Below, one piece after another: positions 44,644 through 55,717 of a stretch of DNA of 64,000 bases. The DNA comes from Bdellovibrionales bacterium (GTDB taxonomy: Bacteria; Bdellovibrionota; Bdellovibrionia; Bdellovibrionales; UBA1609), in the NCBI GenBank assembly GCA_965242515.1, contig OZ251448.1, positions 326,512 to 390,511 of the forward strand. Direction: 5' to 3'. The notes beneath the pieces are model-generated. The model did not search any database. It was not told the DNA's origin and saw nothing but the letters and a program-made list of their open reading frames with translations. The translations under genes were made by a program, and so were the position numbers. How positions within the stretch are numbered: position 1 is the first letter of the stretch; every line of letters begins with the position of its first letter.

Positions 44644-44836
44644 GAAAAAACTCCTTATATATGTTTTAGATGAAAGCTGTAAGTTTATCAGCCCTCCATC
44701 CTGAACTTATTTACCAGTAATTTCTTACTCAAACAAGAATAAACATTAAAAAAACTGTAGACAATATAACTGTAAATACTCTTTTTATAAACTTAAGTCG
44801 CAAGAGCTATGTAATATTTACACTACTATATGATTT

Positions 44837-46219
44837 TTAAGAGAATTTGTTGACTAATTTCTCAAACGCTTGACCACGCTCTTCATAAGAATTAAATATG
44901 TCAAAACTAGGACACCCGGGGGATAAGAGTACTGTATCACCAATACGAGATTTTTGATAAGCCACTAGTATCGCTTCTTCAAAAGTGCCTAAAAGAAAAG
45001 TTTCTGAATAATCCCCAATCTGACGATTGATTTTTTCTTTCGCCTCCCCAATGATAATGAGGTTTTTTACCTTCCGTTTAATGTTGTCTTGTAGCATTGT
45101 GTAGTTAATGTCTGTATCCTTGCCACCCATGATTAAAATAACATTTTCCTCAAAAACATCTAAAGCCCTTTGCACAGCATGGGCATTGGTCGCCTTAGAG
45201 TCGTTGTAAAACTTAACCCCACCTACTTTTCGCACATAACTTAACCTGTGGGCTCGCCCCTTGTAATTATTAATCACTTTCTGGATATGAGTTACTTGAG
45301 CACCGTTTTCTCTAGCTGCTAAAATAGCTGCCATCACATTCTCATAAGAATGCCCGCCTAATAAACTATCGTTATCCATAGAATAGTACTCTATATCCGG
45401 ACCCGTGCGCACATGTATTTTATTGTCAATTAAAACAGCACCACCAATTTTCATAACCTGAGATTCCAAAGCTTTTTTTCTAGAAAAATAACATAGCCTG
45501 CCTCTTTGTACCACAGGGTCTTTTGCTAATTCTAAAATACCTTTATCATCAGCATTTAAAATACTAGTTGTGCTGACTGATGTGTTTTTAAATACCTGCC
45601 GTTTGGCACTCACATAATCTTCCATGCTACGATAGCGGTCTAAATGGTCTTCTGCTAAATTAGTAAATACAATGTTTTTAGGGGTCATTTTTTGTACATG
45701 CTCTAGCATAAAACTAGATGCTTCTATCACCAATAAGCCTGCCCTTTTACCACGGTATAAATAATCACTTAACGGGTCTCCAAAATTACCCCCAGCCCAA
45801 GGATTGCAACCCGCTTCTTTTAACGATTGATAAATTAAATCCGCTGTGGTGGTTTTACCATTTGTGCCGGTGACAACCAACAAAGGCTCTTTCACAAAGC
45901 GAGAACAAAATTCAAACTCCCCTGTCACCTCCACCCCTTGAGACCTGGCATAATCAAATAACTTTAAATAAGAAGAAACCCCCGGACTTAAAATAATATA
46001 ATCCTTATTTACAAAAGTTTTAGGAGTGTGCCCTTCTAACTCTAAATGCACAGATAAATCCGACACCTCACTTAAATAATCTTCTAACTCTGCTTGTGAT
46101 TTATGGTCGCTAATTGTAACCTCTGCACCATAAGTCACTAAAAACTTAGCTAAAGAAATACCTGTTTTAGCTAACCCCACTATAACTATCTTTTTGCCTT
46201 TTATTTCATGTAGCTCCAA
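44837..46219 (-). CDS. murD: UDP-N-acetylmuramoylalanine--D-glutamate ligase
   Basis: VGLAKTGIS, VTGTNGKTTT, and a Mur ligase C-terminal domain. Positioned after mraY. Confidence 0.9.
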   Translation of the reverse strand: MELHEIKGKKIVIVGLAKTGISLAKFLVTYGAEVTISDHKSQAELEDYLSEVSDLSVHLELEGHTPKTFVNKDYIILSPGVSSYLKLFDYARSQGVEVTGEFEFCSRFVKEPLLVVTGTNGKTTTADLIYQSLKEAGCNPWAGGNFGDPLSDYLYRGKRAGLLVIEASSFMLEHVQKMTPKNIVFTNLAEDHLDRYRSMEDYVSAKRQVFKNTSVSTTSILNADDKGILELAKDPVVQRGRLCYFSRKKALESQVMKIGGAVLIDNKIHVRTGPDIEYYSMDNDSLLGGHSYENVMAAILAARENGAQVTHIQKVINNYKGRAHRLSYVRKVGGVKFYNDSKATNAHAVQRALDVFEENVILIMGGKDTDINYTMLQDNIKRKVKNLIIIGEAKEKINRQIGDYSETFLLGTFEEAILVAYQKSRIGDTVLLSPGCPSFDIFNSYEERGQAFEKLVNKFS

Positions 46220-46295
46220 AACAAACTCCTCCCCTTACTCTATAAGTAATTGTGAATGTTATTATGCAATTTTATCACCTCAATGTACATCTTTA

Positions 46296-47372
46296 TCATC
46301 TTAACTTTAAAGTAGCTAAACTAATAACCGCTAGTAGACAAGACATAATCCAAAAACGAATAATAATTTTAGACTCATCCATACCTTTCAATTCAAAATG
46401 ATGGTGCAGTGGTGCCATGGCAAAAATCCTCCTCCTTGTGAGTTTAAAGCTCAACACTTGTAAAATAACAGACAACGCTTCTGCCACAAATACCCCTCCT
46501 AATATAATCAATAATAGTTCATTTTTTGTAAAAACCGCTACTGCCCCTAAAAAAGCCCCTAAACTTAAACTGCCCACATCTCCCATAAAAATTTGTGCTG
46601 GATGTGAGTTATACCACAAAAAACCCAAACCTCCAGCTGATACTGCCATAGCTAACGGAGTGATCTCCCCTGCCCCCTCTATATAAGGTATACCTAAATA
46701 ACCCGCCACACTAAAATGCCCTGCAATGTAACTAAATAAACCCAAAGCCCCTGCACATACCATAACTGGCACAATGGCTAAACCATCCAACCCGTCTGTT
46801 AAATTAACCGCATTGGCACAACCTGTGATCACAAAAGCTCCAAATAAAACATAAAACCAAGATAAGTTAAAAGAAAGATTCTTAAAAAAAGGCACATACA
46901 ACACCGGCTCTATATAACCAAATACAATAAACATAGATAATAAAGCACCTGAAATTAAAAACTCATAAAACAACCGCCACCTAGGTGGAATCCCACGAAA
47001 ATCCCTCCACCGGCTTTTTAACAAATCGTCCCAAAAACCTATCGCTCCAAAACTTAATAACAGTAACAACACCCCCCATACCAATGGCTCTGACATGTCC
47101 ACCCATAACACGCAACTAAGTAACAAAGAGAGTAAAATAAGCCCGCCCCCCATTGTGGGAGTGCCTTTTTTTTTCTGATGCGAACCGGGACCATCTGTAT
47201 TCACCTCCTCCTTAATGTTTTTCTTATTTAATTTATCAATAAAAAAAGGAGCAAAAATCCAACAAACCAAAAAAGCTGTTAAAAAAGATAAAAAAGCACG
47301 AAAAGTAATGTAACGAAAAACATTAAAGCCCGATACACTATCTGCTAACTGAAAAAGCCACTTATAAAGCAT
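46296..47372 (-). CDS. mraY: phospho-N-acetylmuramoyl-pentapeptide transferase
   Basis: Polytopic membrane protein with NAVNLTDGLDGLA, MGDVGSLSLG and APLHHHFE. Confidence 0.95.
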   Translation of the reverse strand: MLYKWLFQLADSVSGFNVFRYITFRAFLSFLTAFLVCWIFAPFFIDKLNKKNIKEEVNTDGPGSHQKKKGTPTMGGGLILLSLLLSCVLWVDMSEPLVWGVLLLLLSFGAIGFWDDLLKSRWRDFRGIPPRWRLFYEFLISGALLSMFIVFGYIEPVLYVPFFKNLSFNLSWFYVLFGAFVITGCANAVNLTDGLDGLAIVPVMVCAGALGLFSYIAGHFSVAGYLGIPYIEGAGEITPLAMAVSAGGLGFLWYNSHPAQIFMGDVGSLSLGAFLGAVAVFTKNELLLIILGGVFVAEALSVILQVLSFKLTRRRIFAMAPLHHHFELKGMDESKIIIRFWIMSCLLAVISLATLKLR

Positions 47373-49023
47373 GAAAATTCACCGGTTGAAATAATTGCAA
47401 TACATTTTCCATTTGCACCTTTCGCGAAGCCTTAAAAGCCAACACAAAAGACTTATCTAACATAGAATGAATTTTATCGGCAAGCTCTATATCTGCTTTT
47501 TTAGATAAATACACCCTAGGTAACGCCAACACATAAGCCTCTGCTTTGCCCCTACCTGACATATCTGCATCGGGCATACTTGCATCTGGCACAAAACCCG
47601 TTTTACTTTTTAGCAAAGCCTTTGATAAGTCTTTTGGTAGGAAAGAAGATTCACACACCTTTTGCCAGCCTGCTTTAGCTAAAGCTTTGGCAAATAACTC
47701 TGCTTGAGAGCCTATAAACCATACAAGATGTAAGCCACAAGCTTCATCTGCTTGGCTTTGAAATTGACAAAGCACTTTGGCTAAATCCTGATGCCATTTT
47801 TGTAAAAAAGAACCAAGCTCTAAAAAATCTCCTAAAATAAGCACCTTTTTACCCCGGACCACAGGGGATAAAAAATGCTCTAACATACCCATTACACTCT
47901 CTGGCGAGGCATTGTAACCATCAAACAAAGCCCTCGCCCCACAATGTAAATTCACCCACTGATTTCTACCCATAGGCATTGTGCAGTGGGCTAACCCCTC
48001 CCATAACTGAGAAGGCGAAACCCCTGCTGCTACTGCCACAGCCACAGCCGATAACAGGTTGTTTAAATGAGCCTTACCTGTAACAGGCACTCGCACCTGT
48101 TTTGACACACCTTGGATATGCCCTGTCAGTACTAAATAATCTAACCCTACTGTTTTTACTTGCAAAAAAACATCTGCTGTTTTGTCTTGACAAGAAAACC
48201 CTACTGCTCGCTTGGCTTGTTTTTTAAACTTTTCGTACATTTTGCGGGTATAAACATTGTCTTTATTAAACACTAAAGTAGCATCATCGTGAGCGTGCCG
48301 ATAGATTTGTGCTTTTTCGTAAGCGATATCTTTTTTTTGCCCCAACATACCAATATGCGAAGTGCCTACTTGTGTGACAAGGGCTATGTCTGGCTTGGCT
48401 ATTTTAGTTAAAAAAGCTATTTCACCTTGACGATTCATACCTATTTCTTGAATAAAAAAATCTAAATCCTTAGGTGCTGATAATAAACTAAGTGGCACAC
48501 CATAGTAATTGTTGAAACTTTTCACACTGGCAAGGGTCTTAAAATGCCTTTGCAAAAGTTGCAAACAAAAGTGCTTTGTGGTGGTTTTTCCTACAGAGCC
48601 CGTAATGCCAATAAGCTTCCAGTGGTTTTGCTCTCTCCAATAACTGGCTAAAGCCTGCAAAGCCTTTAAAGTATCTTTAACTAAAATAACCGGAGGGGTA
48701 GGGTTTGCTCCGCTTTGTGCTATACTTTGTGTTTTGCTGTTATGTGAAAATGCCAAAGTGTGTTTTATTTTTTGCCAAGTAGTGGCACAAAGCACTAATG
48801 CAGAGGCTTTTTTTACAATCACTTCTTTTAAAAAATTATGCCCGTCAAAACGAGAACCTTTAATGGCAAAAAATATTTTACCTTTAAGATCCTCCTCCCT
48901 AGAATCAATACTGCTCTTAAGGGAAGAAAGATAGCACCTACTTTGCTCTTTGTCATTAAGGGGTGGGTTTGCCCACTGACCTTGCACAACCTGACACAAA
49001 CTTTTTACATCAAAACGAGCCAT
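47362..49023 (-). CDS. murF: UDP-N-acetylmuramoyl-tripeptide--D-alanyl-D-alanine ligase
   Basis: GITGSVGKTTTK, and a Mur ligase middle domain. Overlaps the mraY start. 553 aa with a C-terminal-domain insert. Confidence 0.85.
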   Translation of the reverse strand: MARFDVKSLCQVVQGQWANPPLNDKEQSRCYLSSLKSSIDSREEDLKGKIFFAIKGSRFDGHNFLKEVIVKKASALVLCATTWQKIKHTLAFSHNSKTQSIAQSGANPTPPVILVKDTLKALQALASYWREQNHWKLIGITGSVGKTTTKHFCLQLLQRHFKTLASVKSFNNYYGVPLSLLSAPKDLDFFIQEIGMNRQGEIAFLTKIAKPDIALVTQVGTSHIGMLGQKKDIAYEKAQIYRHAHDDATLVFNKDNVYTRKMYEKFKKQAKRAVGFSCQDKTADVFLQVKTVGLDYLVLTGHIQGVSKQVRVPVTGKAHLNNLLSAVAVAVAAGVSPSQLWEGLAHCTMPMGRNQWVNLHCGARALFDGYNASPESVMGMLEHFLSPVVRGKKVLILGDFLELGSFLQKWHQDLAKVLCQFQSQADEACGLHLVWFIGSQAELFAKALAKAGWQKVCESSFLPKDLSKALLKSKTGFVPDASMPDADMSGRGKAEAYVLALPRVYLSKKADIELADKIHSMLDKSFVLAFKASRKVQMENVLQLFQPVNFHAL

Positions 49024-49200
49024 TATGTTTTTCTTAATGTCTGATTTAATCTGTTAATTGTGGTGTAAATTAATCTGTTAATTATGGTGCAATTTACAGA
49101 TTTAATAGCGGTTTTAATAATTATTTTCATCGTGGTTTTAATGGTTGCATCTATGACCTGAAGAAGATATATTACCTGAAGAGAACATATTATAACAGAA

Positions 49201-49288
49201 GCCTTGGTGGCGGAATTGGTAGACGCGCATGACTCAAAATCATGTGTTCTTACAGAGCATGGGAGTTCGAGTCTCCCCCGAGGCACCA
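49201..49288 (+). tRNA. tRNA-Leu (CAA)
   Basis: GCCTTGGTGGCGGAATTGGTAGACGCGCATGACTCAAAATCATGT, then a long variable arm, then GGGAGTTCGAGTCTCCCCCGAGGCACCA. Type II tRNA with encoded CCA. Confidence 0.9.
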
Positions 49289-49410
49289 GTTTTATAGCCA
49301 ATAACACCGGCTCACTTCTTTCATATACATTGTGCAGTTATGATTTTTACCTATTTATCTGCTGTTTTTTATTGTAATTTTTTATTGTAATTTTTAGTTC
49401 AGTTTTTAGT

Positions 49411-49620
49411 TTAGTTTTTTGCTGGAGAGTTTTCTGGTGGTTTTTTGTTTTTATGAAAGACCATGCCATCATGTTGCCTCCAGTCGTATTCTGCACCGTG
49501 CTGGTACCTGTTATTCCACTCAGACCAACGCTTTGTGGCTAATTGATGCTCTACCTCACCCTTTTTATTAAAAATAGGGGGGAATTTTCCAAAAAGAAAG
49601 TTTTTAAGCTTTTCTAACAT
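49411..49620 (-). CDS. small hypothetical protein
   Basis: 69-aa Trp/His-rich ORF. No family recognised. Confidence 0.35.
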   Translation of the reverse strand: MLEKLKNFLFGKFPPIFNKKGEVEHQLATKRWSEWNNRYQHGAEYDWRQHDGMVFHKNKKPPENSPAKN

Positions 49621-49681
49621 CGCAAGCTTTATGTTATCACTATTATAATTTTTTGTCTATAGCTTAAACCTAAAGTCACTT

Positions 49682-50599
49682 TTATTGCAAAAAGGTACTG
49701 GTTGTGTGAAATACAATATCTTTCTTAAAATTAGCTACATAAGCCCTTTTTTTATTGATAAAGTAGCCGTGAAAAATCAATTGCACACGATAAGAAGGCA
49801 AGCGATCTAAAATATACTCATCTTGTTGTACGGCTTCTTGAGCCCGGATAGCAGCTGCTCTTGCAGTTGCAGCCCTTGCTCCTGCTCCTGTTCCTGTATT
49901 CGTGTTATCGTCTGCCGTAGCAGTGCTACCTGCTTCTTCTGTTACAGGAGGACCTGTGGGTATGGGCACACCATCTACATATAAAATTAAATTACCTAAG
50001 TGGCTTCTTACATAAGGTTCAAAATGTATTCGCTTTTCCGGCACAATAATATACAAAGGGTCGGTACCTTCGCAATAACCAGAACCAATCTCTTTGCGAC
50101 CTGTTAACACTTGATTGCCCCATTGAGCTTTCATAATAAAAACTAATTGTTTTATAACTAAATGATACTTAGATAAATTAGCAAAATTAAGCCCTATGGA
50201 AAACCAATTATCACCTACATTTTCATAATGAATTTTGTTTTGAGAAGATATCCCATCTTGTGCTGTATTATTATCAGAGTTTTCCGATTCTTCTGTGCTG
50301 TCTTCATCTGATGAGGTGTCCTCGTCCCCTTCAGTAGCGTCAGTATCTGCATCTAAGCCATAATCTAAAGCAGAAGGCTGACCTCTTCTACAAACAGCAT
50401 TTTCTTTAGCATGTAAAAATACTTCAGGAGATTCCCCTGTAGGAGCTATCTCTATTAACACCAAATCAGAAGTAGGCACACGACCACTCCTAGCACCCTC
50501 AGTGCTGGCACTAATTTGCACACCGGTTAAACCACAACCACTGGTTAAAAACACCACACAAAAAATAAAAACTAACTGCGAATACCTCATTGCCCACAT
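49682..50599 (-). CDS. hypothetical lipoprotein
   Basis: Lipobox LTSGC after a hydrophobic leader. Acidic low-complexity stretch (DADTDATEGDEDTSSDEDSTEESENSD). Confidence 0.55.
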   Translation of the reverse strand: MWAMRYSQLVFIFCVVFLTSGCGLTGVQISASTEGARSGRVPTSDLVLIEIAPTGESPEVFLHAKENAVCRRGQPSALDYGLDADTDATEGDEDTSSDEDSTEESENSDNNTAQDGISSQNKIHYENVGDNWFSIGLNFANLSKYHLVIKQLVFIMKAQWGNQVLTGRKEIGSGYCEGTDPLYIIVPEKRIHFEPYVRSHLGNLILYVDGVPIPTGPPVTEEAGSTATADDNTNTGTGAGARAATARAAAIRAQEAVQQDEYILDRLPSYRVQLIFHGYFINKKRAYVANFKKDIVFHTTSTFLQ

Positions 50600-50748
50600 A
50601 TCCTAAATAGTAAAAACCACCACCATAAGCTTTGTCAATAGTAACAAGCCCTAAGGCTTGAAATTTTGCACAAATACACTCATTGTGCGAAAGCTTAGAA
50701 TGACGGCTGACGACAAAAATAACGGCTGACGAAGAAATATATGCTTTA

Positions 50749-50866
50749 GAGGGGAGCAAACTCAATTCAAAACGAGTTCGGATTTGATACAATGCAGTAG
50801 CCTTTGGCTAATGCGTTGTGGCAAACCGCAGAGTTTTAAGCTTTTGAGCTTTAAGTTTGCTCACCC
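50749..50866 (+). repeat. family A element
   Basis: gaggggagcaaactcaattcaaaacgagttcggatttgatacaatgcagtagcctttggctaatgcgttgtggcaaaccgc...gtttgctcaccc. Preceded by a family F tail (50700..50745). Confidence 0.9.
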
Positions 50867-50990
50867 GTAAAAGATGCAAAATTCGTTTTGCAAAAATCTT
50901 CCCATGCTACTCTAAAATAAGCAGTGTTATTGCAAAGTATTGAACTCTGGAGTGAGGTTTGCTCACCTGCGAAAACAAGTGGAAAGTAAG

Positions 50991-53708
50991 TTAAAAAGTG
51001 ATGGATGTGAGTTTCACATCAGTTTGACTTAAATCATCACTCACTGATATACGCACAGCTAATGGATCTTTAACGCCTGTAGCTCGCAATATATCGTCAC
51101 TCGCCATATCCCACAAGCTCTTACCCTGCTCGCTTAACTGCATACTTAAAAGCTTTACCGGTGTGGATAAACTTTTTTTGTAAGATGTTTTTTGAGATCG
51201 CACTTGTTCTAACACATTAAAAGCAAATTGTAATACATCACCCTTTTTTTTATCTAAAGCTAATTTGCTTTTATCAAAATCGCAGGTTTTAAAAATATCC
51301 CAATCAGACGAATGTACAGAGGCACTTTCTTCACCGTACCTTTTAAGCCATAACTCTTCTGTCACATAAGGCATAAAAGGGGCTAATAACTTTATAAACA
51401 TATACATACTAAAATCTAAACAAAAAATGGCTGACTGCCCCTCTTGTTTATCTTTTAACTGGTAAGCCCTGGCTTTTACTAATTCCAAATAATTATCGCA
51501 AAAAAGCCAAAAAGTTTTTTCTATCTCTTCTAAAGCTTGTGCGTAACAAAATTGCTCCATATACTGACTTACTATTTGCCACTTATGGTAGATATGCCCT
51601 ACCCATGCTTTATCTACATCATCAGTAACTTTACTAAAAGATACCCCCTGCCACGGCTTGCCCTCTACTTGAATTGTCATAAACCGAAAGGCATTACATA
51701 ATTTTACCACTAACCTTTGACCTGTTTTTACCATGTTTTCGTCAAATACGGTGTCTTGCCCAAGCCTTGCTTTACCTGCCCAATACCGCACAGAGTCCAC
51801 TCCGTATTGGTTCATTAACTCTTCGGGTTTATAAGTATTACCTTTAGATTTACTCATTTTAGCACGGTGGGGGTCCATAACCCAACCACTGACAGCAATG
51901 TTTTTCCACGGCACACACTTGTGATGGAAATATGACTTTACAATAGTGTAAAAAGCCCAAGTGCGAATAATCTCGTGAGCTTGGGGGCGTAAATCCGCCG
52001 GAAATAACTTCTGATGCCGAAATTCGTCACTTCCCCAATGACTGTTAATTTGTGGCGATAAAGAAGAAGTAGCCCAAGTGTCCATAACCGCCTCATCTGC
52101 TATAAAGCCATAAGCCCTTCCTCTTTTGGATTCTGTTAAATTTTTAATAATATCCATGGAATGTGTACTGTTATTACTATCGGTAAAATTTTTATAATAA
52201 TCTGCCGGGGCTGACATTACAGGATCTACAGGACAACAACTTATAGGTGCCAGTAGGGGTTTATCATAGTTTGGTTTTTTATCACTATCTAATACATACC
52301 ACACGGGAAAAGGCACTCCAAAATACCGCTGACGCGAAATACACCAATCCTGATTTAAACCCTCTACCCACCCCCTATATCTTTTTTGCATGCTCTCAGG
52401 GTGCCATTTAATTTTTTCACCTTGTTTTAATAAAGTTTTTTTATGTTCTAATATCTTTACATACCACTGGCGAGTAGGTATAAGCTCCAAAGGATGCTCT
52501 CCTTTTTCATAAAACTTTACAAAATGCTCTGTTGCTTTCCTCTCCCCTACCAATGCTCCTGATTGAGCTAATAAATTTATTATCTTTTTACGAGCAGGCT
52601 TAACATACAAACCACATAAATCAGCATAATATTTATTAGCTAATTCCGGGTTTAAACTAACAAACAAAGAAGATAAAACACTATCAAACACAACATTCAT
52701 TAACTGTCCGTTTTTGGCAATAATTTGCCTTAAAGGGAGTATGTGGTTTTTTTTATGTTGCTCCCAAAAACGCACATCTTCTTTATCGCCAAAAGTACAT
52801 ACCATTAAAATACCTGTCCCTTTTTTAGGGTCTGCATGAGCAGACGGCACAATAGGCACAGGGGCAGAAAACAACGCCGTTACAGCAAACTTGCCAAATA
52901 AATGTTTGTAACGATGATCTTCAGGGTGAGCTGCTACTGCCACACAAGCCGGTAATAACTCGGGTCTAGTAGTGGCAATCACAAACTCTTTATCAGATAA
53001 TGTTTTTTTATCGTGACTGACTTTAAACTTAATTTGATAGTAAAAAGTTTGTTTTTGTCTATCTTCTATATCAGCTTGAGCCACTGCTGTTTGAAATTGT
53101 GTATCCCAAAACACAGGGGAAAAACGACTTTCAATAAAACCTTTTTTATATAAATCTAAAAAAGATTTTTGCGAAATACCACGGCAAAAAGCCGAAATTG
53201 TTTCGTATTCTAAAGTCCAATCTACTGACAGTGCGAGCTTTCGCCAGAGTTTTTCGTAAAGTAATTGGTCTTCTTTAGTTTGCTTTTCACAAAGGCGAAT
53301 AAACTCTGACCTAGAAACACTAAGGTACTGTGCAGAATCTTGATTTTGTTTATCATTTGAATCTGGTTGTTGACTACTGGATGTTAATAACGGATCGCAC
53401 ACCACTTTATGTACACTTTGCACACGCTTTTCCGTAGGTAAGCCATTGTTGTCCCACCCCATAGGGTAAAACACATTTTTCCCCCTCATCCTTTGATAAC
53501 GAGCAATAATATCCGTTTGCGTATAACTAAATAAATGCCCGATATGTAAAAAACCAGATACTGTAGGGGGTGGTGTGTCAATTACAAACACGGGGGCTTT
53601 AGAAGTAGCAGAGTATTTATAGACAGATAATTTCTCCCATAAGTCTTGATATTTTTGTTCATCAATGCTGTTTTTAAAAGTGTTTTTTGGCTTTAAAGGG
53701 GGCTTCAT
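50991..53708 (-). CDS. valS: valyl-tRNA synthetase (class I; variant with GWDNNGLPTE block)
   Basis: PPPTVSGFLHIGH (HIGH motif), YPMGWDNNGLPTE and KMSKSKGN. 905 aa. Assigned to Val rather than Ile/Leu on overall pattern only. Confidence 0.8.
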   Translation of the reverse strand: MKPPLKPKNTFKNSIDEQKYQDLWEKLSVYKYSATSKAPVFVIDTPPPTVSGFLHIGHLFSYTQTDIIARYQRMRGKNVFYPMGWDNNGLPTEKRVQSVHKVVCDPLLTSSSQQPDSNDKQNQDSAQYLSVSRSEFIRLCEKQTKEDQLLYEKLWRKLALSVDWTLEYETISAFCRGISQKSFLDLYKKGFIESRFSPVFWDTQFQTAVAQADIEDRQKQTFYYQIKFKVSHDKKTLSDKEFVIATTRPELLPACVAVAAHPEDHRYKHLFGKFAVTALFSAPVPIVPSAHADPKKGTGILMVCTFGDKEDVRFWEQHKKNHILPLRQIIAKNGQLMNVVFDSVLSSLFVSLNPELANKYYADLCGLYVKPARKKIINLLAQSGALVGERKATEHFVKFYEKGEHPLELIPTRQWYVKILEHKKTLLKQGEKIKWHPESMQKRYRGWVEGLNQDWCISRQRYFGVPFPVWYVLDSDKKPNYDKPLLAPISCCPVDPVMSAPADYYKNFTDSNNSTHSMDIIKNLTESKRGRAYGFIADEAVMDTWATSSLSPQINSHWGSDEFRHQKLFPADLRPQAHEIIRTWAFYTIVKSYFHHKCVPWKNIAVSGWVMDPHRAKMSKSKGNTYKPEELMNQYGVDSVRYWAGKARLGQDTVFDENMVKTGQRLVVKLCNAFRFMTIQVEGKPWQGVSFSKVTDDVDKAWVGHIYHKWQIVSQYMEQFCYAQALEEIEKTFWLFCDNYLELVKARAYQLKDKQEGQSAIFCLDFSMYMFIKLLAPFMPYVTEELWLKRYGEESASVHSSDWDIFKTCDFDKSKLALDKKKGDVLQFAFNVLEQVRSQKTSYKKSLSTPVKLLSMQLSEQGKSLWDMASDDILRATGVKDPLAVRISVSDDLSQTDVKLTSITF

Positions 53709-53804
53709 AGTTTTTTTTACCTTTTTATGTTATCTATCTTTTTTAAGATTGTAAGAACAGGTAATAATAAAATAACTCTTAACAGTATATGTTTATGTAA
53801 TGAT

Positions 53805-55100
53805 TTATAACGCAGAAGGAGCTTTAGCTACTCTACTAAGAGAAATAATAATAGGAGTGTATTTTATATTTTGCGCTTGCACACTAGTACTGCTACTTTC
53901 CGGTTGCACAACAATGACTTCGTCTTCTCTAATAACATACACAATACTTCTTCGTTTACCAATGCGGTCGTTTTTTTGAAGATAAAACATCTTTCCGTCA
54001 GGAGCTTTAAAAAGTGCCGTTGGTGTAATAATACCCGAACCCCAAGTGATACCTATGAGCTTCATGTTTTTTAAAGAATATTGTTCTGCCGGAGTTAAAG
54101 AAATTTTTTTCCTAACTGACTTTTTATTGTAAAAAGATTTAAAAGGGTTTCTCCCATGTTGGTCAATGTTATAGACAGAATTAAGCTCATTGTGAATATT
54201 CACCACCCTTTTGCGAAGTTTTTGAGCTGTATCTTCCGTATCACTGTCTTCATCACTTTCTTCTAATGCATTCTCATCACTAGTGATATGCCTTGCACTA
54301 CCCGTAGTATTACTGTCACTATCAACACTTCTGCTGGAAGGCAGTTCCACAACAGGTGGTGGTGAAGGCACTGATGTAGCTTCATTTTCTGGTACAGAGG
54401 TGCCATTTTTTACGGCTTGTGCACTGGTGGCTGAGGCAGGTATCCTTTTAGGAGGTGGCTCTTTTGTAGAGTTATTGTGAAAATTGTCATCATCTTTTTT
54501 TGTAAGCTCTAAGGTCTGCTTATTTTGACTATTTTGATTATCAGGCTTACTTACTTTAACCGCATTATCTGGTGTGTCCTTCTGGCTTAATGTTTGAGCT
54601 TTTTTTGTTGATGGTTGGTCTATAGCAGGTTGCGGTTGTTGCGACAATGCCCCTGCTACCTTCTCCTCCTTACCAAGAACTGGAGGTGGAACTGACACTC
54701 CCTTCTCTTTTACGGGTGATACACCCTCTTTTACAGGTGACTTCCCACTTTCTTTTACAACTGATACATCCACTTTTTTTGCAAGCGATATACCACCTTC
54801 TTTTGGATTTGTTGTAATAATAGTATTATCACTTTTTTTTGCAGATGATATACTTGTATGTTGCTTGCTCCTAGGAGTTGCAACAGGTGTTGTAACAGGT
54901 GCTGCTTTAGGTGGTAACACAGCATGAGATACAACAGGAGTAGGTACGGTAGACTTTTTTTCCACTTTTTCTAAAGAAGCCTCTTCTTTTGCCACAGCGG
55001 GAGTTACCATAAAGGATAAATGCGATAACAACCACACCGTAAAAAATAAAGAACAACCACCACAAACTACATACAATAGACTAAAAATAAGTTTTTTCAT
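53805..55100 (-). CDS. pilP: PilP-like pilus assembly protein with long Pro/Ser/Thr-rich linker
   Basis: Sits after pilM/N/O. N-terminal TM. C-terminal ~90 aa (LKNMKLIGITWG...ALFKAPDGKMFYLQKNDRIG...VIREDEVIVVQPE) fits the PilP beta-domain pattern. Confidence 0.5.
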   Translation of the reverse strand: MKKLIFSLLYVVCGGCSLFFTVWLLSHLSFMVTPAVAKEEASLEKVEKKSTVPTPVVSHAVLPPKAAPVTTPVATPRSKQHTSISSAKKSDNTIITTNPKEGGISLAKKVDVSVVKESGKSPVKEGVSPVKEKGVSVPPPVLGKEEKVAGALSQQPQPAIDQPSTKKAQTLSQKDTPDNAVKVSKPDNQNSQNKQTLELTKKDDDNFHNNSTKEPPPKRIPASATSAQAVKNGTSVPENEATSVPSPPPVVELPSSRSVDSDSNTTGSARHITSDENALEESDEDSDTEDTAQKLRKRVVNIHNELNSVYNIDQHGRNPFKSFYNKKSVRKKISLTPAEQYSLKNMKLIGITWGSGIITPTALFKAPDGKMFYLQKNDRIGKRRSIVYVIREDEVIVVQPESSSTSVQAQNIKYTPIIISLSRVAKAPSAL

Positions 55101-55126
55101 TTTTTCACTTCCCCCTCTTTAAAGAT

Positions 55127-55717
55127 TTATAAAATATCTTGTTTTTGTGTTACATATCTATAACTGTAAATATCCATAGTCATTTTTAATTCGTTCAAAA
55201 AACTACCGTGTAGGTTTTGCGAATGGGTGTTTTCAATCGTGAATTTTTCCACCGTAATAATAATTTTTAATTCAGTAAGTTTAGATAAGAACATTAAAAT
55301 TTCTGTAAAAAACCCCCTAATAACCATGTGGATTTTTAATTTCTCATAAAATTTCTTTTTTGTCATCACCCCATGGTTTTTAACATCTTCTAAGTTCACA
55401 CCTGATTGTTTGGTGAGGCTATTTAAATACTTTAACACTTTTGATGAAGTAAGCTCGTTAGGTATGTAGTTGTAAAGTTGCTCAACCTCGTTGGCGGTAT
55501 CGTTCATCACTTTGTCTAAGTCTTGTAAATTAGCCTTAGTGGTTTTTAACCTGGCTATGTCATTTTGGGTTTGATTAACATCATCTTCTAACTGCTTAAT
55601 GTTAGACTTAATACTTTGGCCACTATCAAATTTCCAAAAATAATACCCGCCCGCTAAAAATAAACTAAATAAAATAATAGAGCCTACTGGCATGTCTGAC
55701 ATTATTTTAAGCCACAT
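55127..55717 (-). CDS. pilO: type IV pilus assembly protein PilO-like
   Basis: One N-terminal TM plus coiled coil plus a ferredoxin-like C-terminus. Gene order pilM-N-O. Confidence 0.55.
   Translation of the reverse strand: MWLKIMSDMPVGSIILFSLFLAGGYYFWKFDSGQSIKSNIKQLEDDVNQTQNDIARLKTTKANLQDLDKVMNDTANEVEQLYNYIPNELTSSKVLKYLNSLTKQSGVNLEDVKNHGVMTKKKFYEKLKIHMVIRGFFTEILMFLSKLTELKIIITVEKFTIENTHSQNLHGSFLNELKMTMDIYSYRYVTQKQDIL

Noticed and set aside
49023-49307. 94-aa minus-strand ORF upstream of murF.
   Set aside because: It is antisense to tRNA-Leu (the GRLELP...FESCAS peptide is typical of tRNA antisense translation), and the remainder is low complexity.
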